From IMG/VR virus record IMGVR_UViG_3300023116_000065, positions 1-52,643 of that record: 52,643 bases of DNA. One strand, written 5' to 3'. Under the pieces are notes generated by a model. The model saw only the letters and a list, made by a program, of their open reading frames with translations. It was not told where the DNA came from and made no database searches. Of this stretch, positions 36,401-45,700 are shown one piece after another; position 1 is the first letter of the stretch; the number at the start of each line of letters is the position of its first letter. The translations under genes and the position numbers were made by a program. This stretch comes from a virus (lineage: Duplodnaviria > Caudoviricetes).

Positions 36401-39400
36401 TATGCACAATTAGAGTCAGAAGAAGGTAATGCTGATGGTCAACTAGTCGAGTATTTCCCAATTCCAAAGGGAAGACTAGTTAGAGAAGGTATTGCTGGTG
36501 GCAATGAGCAGGCAACTCAGGCGCTTCAGGTAGGTGCTCGTTGGGGTACTGGTACAATTGCTGAACCAAGAGTATATACACCATTACCAGCAGGTCAATC
36601 ATCTGTCACTTATGATGGTGGGCAAGGTGTTTACTTCCCATTTATTGACCTTACTGCAACTTGGTCAGATGCTGATGGGAGTACAATCGCAACGTTTGCA
36701 CACAATGAGGTTGCAAGTAGAACTGTTAGTCTCTCAACCGTATCTACATTTGCTGGAGACTTAATTGCTGCAGAAGATCGTGAGCAGAATTATGAGTTAG
36801 TTTCTGGTGGATCTAATAGTGCGTTCACTCAAAATAATAACCTTTATACTATTACTGGTAGTGGTCTAACCTTTAACTCATCAACTGGAGAACTATTTGG
36901 TACTGCTACTGGTGGTGCTCAAGCAACTAATTATCAGTTTACTTTAAGAGAGACAACCTCTCAGGCAACAGTTACTTATAACTTTACTGTCAATGGTGCT
37001 CCAGTATCATCGACAATTACAGTTACATCACAACCACCTGCTACATTTATTGGGGATGCATCATTCCCTGTAGATCAAGGAACTATTCAAATTTCTATTG
37101 CTGCAACAGATTCTTTGAGCAGCACAATTACATATCAGTGGCAAGTTGCTGCGGATCTTGCTGCTGCTAACGCTGGAACTTTTGTCGATGTAACTGATAA
37201 TGATGGATTTAGTGGTTCTACAAATCCCACATTAACAATTCCAGATAAGTCTGAGCATGATGGTAAGTATTATCGTTGTAAACTAGACTCTAGTACAGCT
37301 CCAGCATCAGTATATACCGATACTTCACTTGCGGCGATTGCTCCTGTAATTACATGTAGAGTGCTGTGGAACGCAATCACTACGGTATATGCAACTGGAT
37401 CTCTTGCACTGGTTGAGATTGATTCAAATGTTTCTGATGGATCCACTCCTACACTAACACTTGCATATGATACTTCTCAGTTTACTCCAACTTCTCTAGA
37501 GACGGACATCCCCGACACTACATATGACCTAATATCTGCAGGTTATAATAGTGCTGCTGGAAATCCAATTTATTTTGCAAGACTTGGCGAGAATGCATTC
37601 AATACTTCCTCTGCTGGACAGACACCAATTGTTGGGACATACAAGTCCGATGATGGTGTATTTCTGAAAGTCACTGCAACATCTGGTTCAACAACACAAG
37701 ATGCAGTAGCACTATTCAGTCAGCAGATTGTACCATGTCTTGCTCTGATTGATGAAAATGATGGTCAGACACAGGGATCATTAGATGCTGACTGGACAAG
37801 TTTTAGAAGTTCTTGGCCTGATCGTCCATTCCACCTTCTACACGTTAAGAATAGCGCAGGAACTGGGTGGGGTAACCTTTCAACACCAACAGGAGCAGTT
37901 CAAGGAACTGATTACTTCTATTATCAAATTGAAAGAGATCCATCAACTGCACTAACTTCTTATAGTGGGGTTTATGATTGGTTCACTCTGACTGGAATGA
38001 ATACCTTGTCATCTGGAGCAACTCTTGCTCTGTTTATTGATGACTCTGGTAGTATGAACGTTGCCGACGTTCAAGACCAGTTAGATGAGTTTGAGGCAGA
38101 TTGTACTGCTGCAGGTATTAATATTATCAGACTTTATAATGGTAGTGAACAGTATGTAGCTCCATTTATTACCGAACTGACAATCACCGAACCAAACCCA
38201 TATCAGGGTCCGTTCACCGTTGAGAAGGCATACACTCTAACTTCAGACTTACCAAATACTCAAGATATTCCAAAGCAAACTAATACTGCGTTATCACCTT
38301 CTTGGGGTATTGCAAATAATACTGGTATTTCTGCTGCCACTGTTGTCTGGTATTATAAAAATGCTGGGGACCCTTCATTCACTAAGTTACTTTCAGCAAA
38401 TACTACATCACTTCCATGGTATGTCTCTGGTCATGGTACAGCAACTCTGACTGTTAATTTCCCAGATGATACTTATGATGGAATGTCGTTCTATGCAGTT
38501 GGTTATAACGACTTCCTAGGAACTAGCGGTGGTGATGATACTAATGATATTGCTAAGTATTCTGGAGTCAATACTGGAGTTTTAGCAACTAATGTATCAC
38601 CATTTACAGTTAGTGATGTAACAAACCCACCAGGGGTAACTGATCCAGAAGCAACAATTTCAAAAACTAGTGCTACGCTAAATGCATCTGAATATTTAAT
38701 TACTGTTAGTAGTGATAATCTTCCAGATCCTGCACAGTATGGGGTATTCCCAAATGACAATAACACAAACTCTGTAGAAGATAAGACATTTATTCACACA
38801 TTCCATTACAGAGGTGGTACAAATACATCTGCACTTACACCTGTAACTGATGATGCTCTTGCTATCACAACTAATGGTACTCCAATTTATGGTGCCAAAA
38901 TTAGTGGAAATCTAACTGGTGATACTGGTTCTGCAGCAGGTCTTGCTCCCGCAGGATTTAGTTGGAACGCAGGTCTTTACACCCTAGATACATCACTAGG
39001 TGGTAATATCTACGGTGCTGACCTTGCTGGTGGTTATGCAGATTCCAGTAATACCTATGTTTACCGTACAGGTAAGTTTGCTCTCTCTGGATCTGGTCCA
39101 TATTCTGCAGAAATGTGGGATGGCATTGGAAGATCCAATAATTATTACAGAACAGGTAACTTCTCTGGAGACTACCTACGTCATTCTGATGGTCACTCCA
39201 AGATTATTGGTATTGCATTCGATGGTCACCCAATTTATGGAACTTGGGGTTATAGTAGCGCACTAGACAATACTAGTGCTATTACTAGAATGACATCTTC
39301 TTATACTGCATATGCACAGGAGCAACCAGGAAGAACATATACATATGCACAATATCCCGCAGGGACATTTGTTGAAGACTATCAGTTTGTTTCATCATCA

Positions 39401-42073
39401 GGCACTCTAGACAGAAGTAATGGTCGATATTGTGTAACTCCTGAGTATCCAAATGGAACATATGCATACTTTGTATCTACAGACACTAATGGTGCTAACA
39501 CATATCCATATGTGATTGGTCCTCTGATGCGTCAGGGTTACAATGTTGTTGGTGGAACTGCTCCTACTGATCCTGGTGGTACAAACCTTCAGGGACCAGG
39601 TAATGGTGCTTTTGATATCAAGAGAGTATTTACTACTGGTGTCACAATTCAAGCGATTGCTGGAACAAGCACCAGACAAGTTTATGCAATTGAATCTGTA
39701 GATGCTACTGAACCTGTAACTTACCAGTGGCAAAGAAGTTCTGATAACTCAACCTGGACAAATATTGGACCTGGTGATACTGGTTATTCCAACTATACCA
39801 CCAATACACTAACAATTAATGATAGTGATAAGTCTATCGATGATCTGTATATTAGATTGCAGGTTACTGATAGTCTAAGTGTTATTGGTAATTCTGCGCC
39901 CATGGCGCTGGAATATGTTGGAGCAACTCTAGCAATTACAACTCAACCAACAACAGTATCCACTTTTTCTGGGGTGGGAGCGTCGTTCAACATTGCTGTT
40001 ACTGCAACTGATTCCAGTACAGTATCATATAGATGGCAGTATAGTTCTAACGGTGGATCTACATGGGCAAATGTTAGCACTTTAGGTGATTGGAGTGCAG
40101 TAAATGATACTCAGGCATCATTATCTTTGCCTGGTTCTACAATTACAACAACCAAAAATAATTATCAAATTAGATGTGTTGTTGACTCACCGTCTGCAGA
40201 GAATGGTCCACTAAACTCAAATGCAGCTACACTGACCGTAGGAAATACAACTGTTGCTGCTAGTGGAGTTGTTCATACTAATAATGCTAACAACCCAATT
40301 AAATCATATGATGAAGGTGAGACTATCTCCGTTGAAGCAACTATTACACCATCACAGAATGTTCCTGTAAACTATACCTGGAAGAGAAGTGTAGACAATG
40401 TAACTTATACTACAGCTGCTTCTGGATCTTTAACTCAAGCAAGTCCAACAACGACATTTACTGAAACTGCAGATCAAGCAACTCTTGGTGGTGCTACAAT
40501 TTATTATAAACTTGAATATGATATTCCTGGTGTTGTTACTGGTGCAAGTGCTCCTCAGATTGCAACATCAAATATCTTCAAAGCACTTACAATCACATCT
40601 CAACCATCAGATACTACAGTATATGTAACGCAACCAGCATCGTTTACTGTTGCTGCAACTGCAACTAGTGGTACTGAAACTTATCAATGGCAGTCATATG
40701 ATGGGTCTAGTTGGAATGATATCTCTGGTCAGACTACAAATACTTTGACCATCTCTAGCCCAACACTTGCAGATAATGCAAACACATATCGTGTAAAGGT
40801 TACTTTGGTTGGACAAAATCCATCAAGTACGGATCCTAATAGAGTTGGTGATGTTATTACATCTGGCACTGCCACATTATCAGTTGACGCTCAACCATCG
40901 ATTGGTATTACTGTACAACCAGCAAACTTGTCTGTATATCAACCCGATGTTGCAGTGTTTGCTGTTGAGGCAGCTGCTTCTGATGGATCTGACATTACAT
41001 ATCAGTGGCAAGAAAGTAGCGATACTGGAAATACTTGGAGTAATATTAGTAATGCAACTAGTAACTCGGTTAGTACTGGAGTTACAACTACTGCAGGATT
41101 CAATGGCAGACAGTACAGAGTTATCATTACCCACCCATACGGATCTAATAGTCCACTAACTTCAAACGTAGCAACTCTAACTGTACAGACTCCTGTAATT
41201 AATATTGCTACTCAACCACAAAGTTTCAACGTTACTGCAGGTATTCCAGTTACGTTTGCAGTTACTGCAACTGTAACTAGTGGTAAGACAATCAATTATC
41301 AGTGGCAATATAGCACTGATGGTGGAGCAAATTACTCCAGTATCTTTGATGAGAACAACCCATCACTAACGACAATTGGTGGAACTGAGAACAATGGTTG
41401 GTACTATCGTTGTGTACTCACATCTGAGGGTGCAGCAGATGTAAATTCTGATGCAGGTATTCTGAGTCTTGCATATCTTGCAAACCCAACAATTACGTCA
41501 AGTAGATTTATTGATACTGTCACTAATCTGACATTTACTAGATCACCAATTATCTACGCATCATCCTTCCAATCATACATTGGAAATGGTCACGAGTCTT
41601 CTTTCTGGACTATTAGAAGAACATCAGACAATGTGGTTGTATATCAAACTATCGACACGTTGCCAGATGGTGATACCGTACAAAAAATTGAATTACAAAC
41701 ACCTGAGTTGGATTGGGGAACTGAGTATACTGTTCAAGTCAAATATAGAGACTCTGCAGGATTTGAAACTGCAATTTCACCTGCAGCAACGTTTGTTACT
41801 CCTGTAGTAAATCAACCCACGTTCCAACCAATTCCAACTTCACTGAGACCAACTATCATTCTAAATAGTATTGAGTTCAACAGTGCGTTATATAACCATA
41901 GTTCAACATCGTGGCAGGTTGCATCTTCTGGTACATTTGCATCAAATGCAATTGTCTATGAGTCTCTAGATGATGTATCTAACAAGATTACAATTACAAT
42001 TCCAGAGACTGTAACACTAGATGCCTCTAGAAATTATTATGTGAGAGCGAAGATCAATCTAACAGCTATCTAA
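33470..42073 (+). CDS. Giant multidomain S8 (subtilisin-like) peptidase / virion protein (2867 aa)
   Basis: IIDSG (D125), HGTYCA (H194), SAGN (N442), GTSFSAP (S558); two CxxHxxM cupredoxin motifs; DDSGS; a YHYH-type domain; several Ig-like YQWQ repeats. Confidence 0.88.
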   Translation: MSNKVLLQKSKLSELSLTQIAEDVSSKVSVDSYKILKNQNLIVFDGDDQDRLYAEIKDLEHGKVTKDHSNFEFHAQRSTIAPGTSNRYWHLDAITRLDYTHNAPSGNGTFSTINNGEDIDIYIIDSGIQGASRPTGTNAALHPELFDPQYVTDLNGATEQAFYRVYELPTSVYNPGTTAGNDPQSTGNIANDGHGTYCAIMAAGRYAGVANKAKVYSLRVSDDSGVIYLSKMIEAYEAIYRHNDPDDSEYKGNTLEGNTRPRPSVVNVSIGATAPNPKAPYIDRNENYTGNAVALTASASSSNDYTINGTDAATTHTNALDPTITVNAGDTLTITTSAGASHPMSICVEGTTTYSEGARVEVGVTGQGETNGDIVIDTTALLAGERTGSFVYICQSHDAMRGTITINDANSPTSSNVNEILDDGEFILSTQKGVAVTRSAGNGMQFIDPDIDPNNPVDYGPQNTKITYGSRNAGKPSLLDPEISIAPEYNRNEVNNATKFVVGATKIDSNNKQSFADFTNYGEAVTCYAPGQGILCPRYDWNSGDDYTASHITINGTSFSAPLVAGMLAVWKQIHDGPVWSTGLHNASIATERKYKFADYTNPSVITQGAVGNFQNPTRASSGSAVTRYGSTSSGSSWYRFSTTSASNAVVLQLTDAEYTALSPAQNDVFEFEFPRIQENNTTGANGLATEYLRDAMHLGERRDYNVTVAPGGGGNVYELARVQNGIAGTATAQPVLQLDDGVVYRFDQSDSSNATHPIAISNTGDGTHSGGVNFQTYVSNLAGQLSQSYKKNLRFFKDEGTGPVEIDQDAYNGLVGQGPAIKTWIEWINPQNNTHPKVDSSIYASVFHYYCVNHPNMGSSLNSSGTVPSTVSIGGIDLREFGKKWRKVQSVDAVNKTITFHADSNATGTEVGGGGAFAQADEITDQGAWPRYPLRFTKITGTWFANDAVWNWTENHSSVLYPFTKYAGGSFSAGEFYAQLESEEGNADGQLVEYFPIPKGRLVREGIAGGNEQATQALQVGARWGTGTIAEPRVYTPLPAGQSSVTYDGGQGVYFPFIDLTATWSDADGSTIATFAHNEVASRTVSLSTVSTFAGDLIAAEDREQNYELVSGGSNSAFTQNNNLYTITGSGLTFNSSTGELFGTATGGAQATNYQFTLRETTSQATVTYNFTVNGAPVSSTITVTSQPPATFIGDASFPVDQGTIQISIAATDSLSSTITYQWQVAADLAAANAGTFVDVTDNDGFSGSTNPTLTIPDKSEHDGKYYRCKLDSSTAPASVYTDTSLAAIAPVITCRVLWNAITTVYATGSLALVEIDSNVSDGSTPTLTLAYDTSQFTPTSLETDIPDTTYDLISAGYNSAAGNPIYFARLGENAFNTSSAGQTPIVGTYKSDDGVFLKVTATSGSTTQDAVALFSQQIVPCLALIDENDGQTQGSLDADWTSFRSSWPDRPFHLLHVKNSAGTGWGNLSTPTGAVQGTDYFYYQIERDPSTALTSYSGVYDWFTLTGMNTLSSGATLALFIDDSGSMNVADVQDQLDEFEADCTAAGINIIRLYNGSEQYVAPFITELTITEPNPYQGPFTVEKAYTLTSDLPNTQDIPKQTNTALSPSWGIANNTGISAATVVWYYKNAGDPSFTKLLSANTTSLPWYVSGHGTATLTVNFPDDTYDGMSFYAVGYNDFLGTSGGDDTNDIAKYSGVNTGVLATNVSPFTVSDVTNPPGVTDPEATISKTSATLNASEYLITVSSDNLPDPAQYGVFPNDNNTNSVEDKTFIHTFHYRGGTNTSALTPVTDDALAITTNGTPIYGAKISGNLTGDTGSAAGLAPAGFSWNAGLYTLDTSLGGNIYGADLAGGYADSSNTYVYRTGKFALSGSGPYSAEMWDGIGRSNNYYRTGNFSGDYLRHSDGHSKIIGIAFDGHPIYGTWGYSSALDNTSAITRMTSSYTAYAQEQPGRTYTYAQYPAGTFVEDYQFVSSSGTLDRSNGRYCVTPEYPNGTYAYFVSTDTNGANTYPYVIGPLMRQGYNVVGGTAPTDPGGTNLQGPGNGAFDIKRVFTTGVTIQAIAGTSTRQVYAIESVDATEPVTYQWQRSSDNSTWTNIGPGDTGYSNYTTNTLTINDSDKSIDDLYIRLQVTDSLSVIGNSAPMALEYVGATLAITTQPTTVSTFSGVGASFNIAVTATDSSTVSYRWQYSSNGGSTWANVSTLGDWSAVNDTQASLSLPGSTITTTKNNYQIRCVVDSPSAENGPLNSNAATLTVGNTTVAASGVVHTNNANNPIKSYDEGETISVEATITPSQNVPVNYTWKRSVDNVTYTTAASGSLTQASPTTTFTETADQATLGGATIYYKLEYDIPGVVTGASAPQIATSNIFKALTITSQPSDTTVYVTQPASFTVAATATSGTETYQWQSYDGSSWNDISGQTTNTLTISSPTLADNANTYRVKVTLVGQNPSSTDPNRVGDVITSGTATLSVDAQPSIGITVQPANLSVYQPDVAVFAVEAAASDGSDITYQWQESSDTGNTWSNISNATSNSVSTGVTTTAGFNGRQYRVIITHPYGSNSPLTSNVATLTVQTPVINIATQPQSFNVTAGIPVTFAVTATVTSGKTINYQWQYSTDGGANYSSIFDENNPSLTTIGGTENNGWYYRCVLTSEGAADVNSDAGILSLAYLANPTITSSRFIDTVTNLTFTRSPIIYASSFQSYIGNGHESSFWTIRRTSDNVVVYQTIDTLPDGDTVQKIELQTPELDWGTEYTVQVKYRDSAGFETAISPAATFVTPVVNQPTFQPIPTSLRPTIILNSIEFNSALYNHSSTSWQVASSGTFASNAIVYESLDDVSNKITITIPETVTLDASRNYYVRAKINLTAI

Positions 42074-42074
42074 A

Positions 42075-42323
42075 ATGACTACCTCATCTTGGGGTCAGGC
42101 GTTGTTTACAACGCCTACATCTCCTCACACAACAGCAAAACCAGTTGTTCTAACAACAGACACCTTTGAAACTCAAAGGAGAAAAATTAACCAGATTTCT
42201 GAGAATGTGGGAGATGTTTCCCAACTAGGCGGCAATTCTGGTAATCTTGTCGATGCTGTCAATAACTTGTCCTCAGGTCTAACCGACGATGAGGCAATCG
42301 CATTCGCAATTCTACTAGGATAA
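42075..42323 (+). CDS. Small structural protein (TDTFETQRRKIN; fibre/whisker-like N-terminus)
   Basis: TDTFxxxRxKIN and NLVDAVN motifs typical of T4-like fibre starts; C-terminus AIAFAILLG. Confidence 0.7.
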   Translation: MTTSSWGQALFTTPTSPHTTAKPVVLTTDTFETQRRKINQISENVGDVSQLGGNSGNLVDAVNNLSSGLTDDEAIAFAILLG

Positions 42324-42326
42324 ACA

Positions 42327-42722
42327 ATGGCAAACAAATTCCGTTCAGTATCAAAATCTTCCGTTGGTCTAGCCTTGACTGATATCTATGATCTTCAGTT
42401 AGGCACAGGACAGAGCGATAAGCAGACAGTTGTCGTTAGTATTTCTTTATGTAATACTACTCAATCTGCGATTACTGCTTCGGTCAAAATTGATAGACCA
42501 GCAACTACCCAAGACGTTTCAGGGCAGAATGCTATTCTGACTGAGGACATTTTCTTGGCAAAGAATATTCCCATCCCAGCAGGATCATCAGTTGAGATCA
42601 TGTCTGGTCAGAAGGTTGTACTTCAATTCAATAGCGTTGCAGGTGCTGGAGATAAAATCCAAGCACAGGCAAGTGCAACAGCAGCATTAGATGTTATTCT
42701 AAGTTACATGGAGCTAAGTTAA
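42327..42722 (+). CDS. Conserved virion / fibre-associated protein (131 aa)
   Basis: MANKF...LAKNIPIPAGSSVEIMSGQKVVL...LDVILSYME pattern. Confidence 0.75.
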   Translation: MANKFRSVSKSSVGLALTDIYDLQLGTGQSDKQTVVVSISLCNTTQSAITASVKIDRPATTQDVSGQNAILTEDIFLAKNIPIPAGSSVEIMSGQKVVLQFNSVAGAGDKIQAQASATAALDVILSYMELS

Positions 42723-42723
42723 A

Positions 42724-45700
42724 ATGCCATTCATTGGATACGGTCTAGATACAAATACTCTTGATCTTTCCGAAGAAATTTTATCCGCCAGTGGCAATAG
42801 TAGTGAGACTCTATCAAGAAGTATTGGTAGTGATATTGAAGTTTTAGTATACGTAGCAGATAATCTACTTCATACTGATCAGTATAGCATTACTGGATCT
42901 CTAAGGAATGAGATCACATTTGATGGTGGATTTACTCCTACTGCAGGTGACGAAATTATCATTCGTTATCTTGGCAAATCGGTTGGCGCAACGATTATTG
43001 GGGTTGCTAACTTCCACGGAAGAAGTGGACAGGTAACTCTGATTAGTCAAGACCTTGCAGACAAAGTAAATACAGCAGCAATACAAGATGATGCTGTAAC
43101 TAGTGCAAAGATTACATCTAGTTCGACCAATGATGGTCTAAGAGCTATCTCGGGTGAGCACATCAAAGCAAACTCAATTAGCACTTCTAAACTTGTCAAT
43201 GAATCAGTAACTCATGATAAGTTGGCAACTAGTTTGCTCAACGATGTTGATAGGGCAGTTGACACTAATAATATAAAGTCCGATGCAGTAACTAGTAGGG
43301 TTATTGCAAATGACGCAGTAACTCCAGGAAAACTGAATTTAGGACTTAGTAGCAATACTGGATTAGGTCAAGGTGATATTTACTTTGATACTGGAGTAAA
43401 TAGATTCAAAGGAAATACTAATGGATCAAACTGGTATGAATTACTAGATACTTCTGGTGGTCAAACAATTTCAGGAAATCTACAAGTAGATAGTTTGACC
43501 ACTTCTGGAGGTACAATCCTCAATAGTGGTTCTGGAACATTAGCAGCAGACACAGTTGATACTGCATCTATCCAAGACACCGCTGTAACTTCAACTAAAC
43601 TGTCACATTCTAGTAGTGTTGATGGTGATCGAGCGGTAACTACTGATCACATTAGAGATGCTGCCATTCACTCATCAAAATTAGCAGCAAACTCTGTAAC
43701 TACCGTTAAAATCACAGATGCTAATGTAACTACTGCTAAAATTGCAGATCTAAATGTTACTACAGCAAAGATAGCAGCAGATGCTGTAGACTCAACTAAA
43801 CTAAAGGATAGTGCAAGTGTTGATGCTGATAGAGCAGTAACCACAGATCACATCAGAGATCTTGCAATCAATACATCAAAGATTACTGATTCTGCTGTCA
43901 CTGCTGCAAAAATTGGATCAAATGCAGTAACAGAAGTTAAGATCTCAAATCTCAATGTTACTACTGCAAAACTTGCTGACGGTGCAGTAACAACTGTAAA
44001 AATTAATGATGCAAACGTAACCACCGCTAAGATTGCCGATGCTAACGTTACTACCGCTAAGATTGCCGATGCCAATGTAACTACCACTAAGATTGCTGAT
44101 CTAGGTGTAACTGAGGCAAAGATAAACACTGCTGCAGTAACCTCTGGAAAATTAGCAACAGATGCTGTAACTACAGTCAAGATTACTGACCTAAATGTAA
44201 CTACGGCAAAGATTGCTGATGCTAATGTAACCACAGCAAAGATTGCTGACGATGCAGTAACAAATGCTAAGATTGGACTATCTGCAGTTGGAACAACAGA
44301 AATTGCTGATGCAAGTGTAACTACCGCTAAGATCGCTGATGACAATATCACCACTGCTAAAATCGCAGATGCTAATGTAACAACAGCGAAGATTGCTGAT
44401 CTAAATATCACCACTGGCAAGATTGCAGATCTTGGAGTAACCGAAGGTAAGATTGCAGGTTCTGCAGTTACTACTGGAAAGATTGCTGATGCTAATGTAA
44501 CTACAGCGAAGATTCTAGATGCTAATGTAACCACCGCTAAGATTGCAGATTCTAATGTAACCACCGCTAAGATTGCTGATGCCAATGTTACTACAGTAAA
44601 GATTGCTGATCTAAATGTTACTACGGGAAAACTTGCTGATGATGCAGTAACGGGTGCAAAGATCGCTGATGATTCAATTGACTCTGAGCACTATGTTGAT
44701 GGATCTATTGATACTGCACATATTGCAGATGTTGCTGTAACCACAGCAAAGATTGCTGATTCTGCAATTACTGCCATAAAACTTGATAATGATTCTGTAA
44801 ATCCTAAGAAACTCAGTCTGGGATTGACTAATTCTTCCCATAGTATGGTTGCAAATCTCACCGATGAAGGTGATATTTACTTTGACCAATCTACCGATAG
44901 AGTAAATGTATATAATGGTTCTGCGTGGAGACAGTTACTTGACACCCATGGTAATCAAACTATCACCAATGATCTAACGATCAGTGGTGACTTGACTGTT
45001 ACTGGTACAACAACTTACAGTAACACAACTAACCTTAGTACTGACGCTGCATTCATCACTCTCAACACTGACGTTACTGCAGCACCATCTGAAGATGCAT
45101 ATCTCGAAGTTGAGAGAGGTACTTCAACAAATGTCAGAATTCAATGGAATGAAACCAGTGACAAATGGGAGTTTACTAATGATGGATCGACATACTATGA
45201 TCTGCCAGTACAGGTAAGTGATCTTTCCAACGATGCAGGTTATCTGACAGCAGAAACATCTCACGCCGATGTTGTTGTTGATGGAGACTTTACTGCTAAT
45301 GGTCTTTTGAAGCGTACAGGTGCAGGAGCATACACATCAGTTACAGATAACTCATCCAACTGGGATACTGCCTATGGTTGGGGTGATCATAGCACTGCAG
45401 GGTATCTAACATCTGAGACTTCTCATGCTGATGTTGTTGTTGATGGAGACTTTGCAACAGCAGGTCTGATGACCACAGATGGTTCTGGAACATATACAGT
45501 AACTACAAACAATTCATCTAATTGGGATACTGCATATGGATGGGGTGACCATAGCACAGAAGGATATCTAACAGCAGAGGCAGATACGTTTGCTACTGTC
45601 ACTGGTAGAGGTGCTACAACAACCACTGCAATCACTATTAATAATACAGGCGATGCTATTACCACTACTGGTAAGATCCTGTATTCAAACATGTATGCTA

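Noticed and set aside
10822-42073. Inteins or introns explaining the giant ORFs
   Set aside because: Frames are continuous, I saw no intein splice-junction or LAGLIDADG/HNH motifs, and the size is explained by repeated structural modules.
43848-44585. 245-aa hydrophobic repeat ORF on the minus strand
   Set aside because: Mirror translation of the VTTAKIAD repeat.
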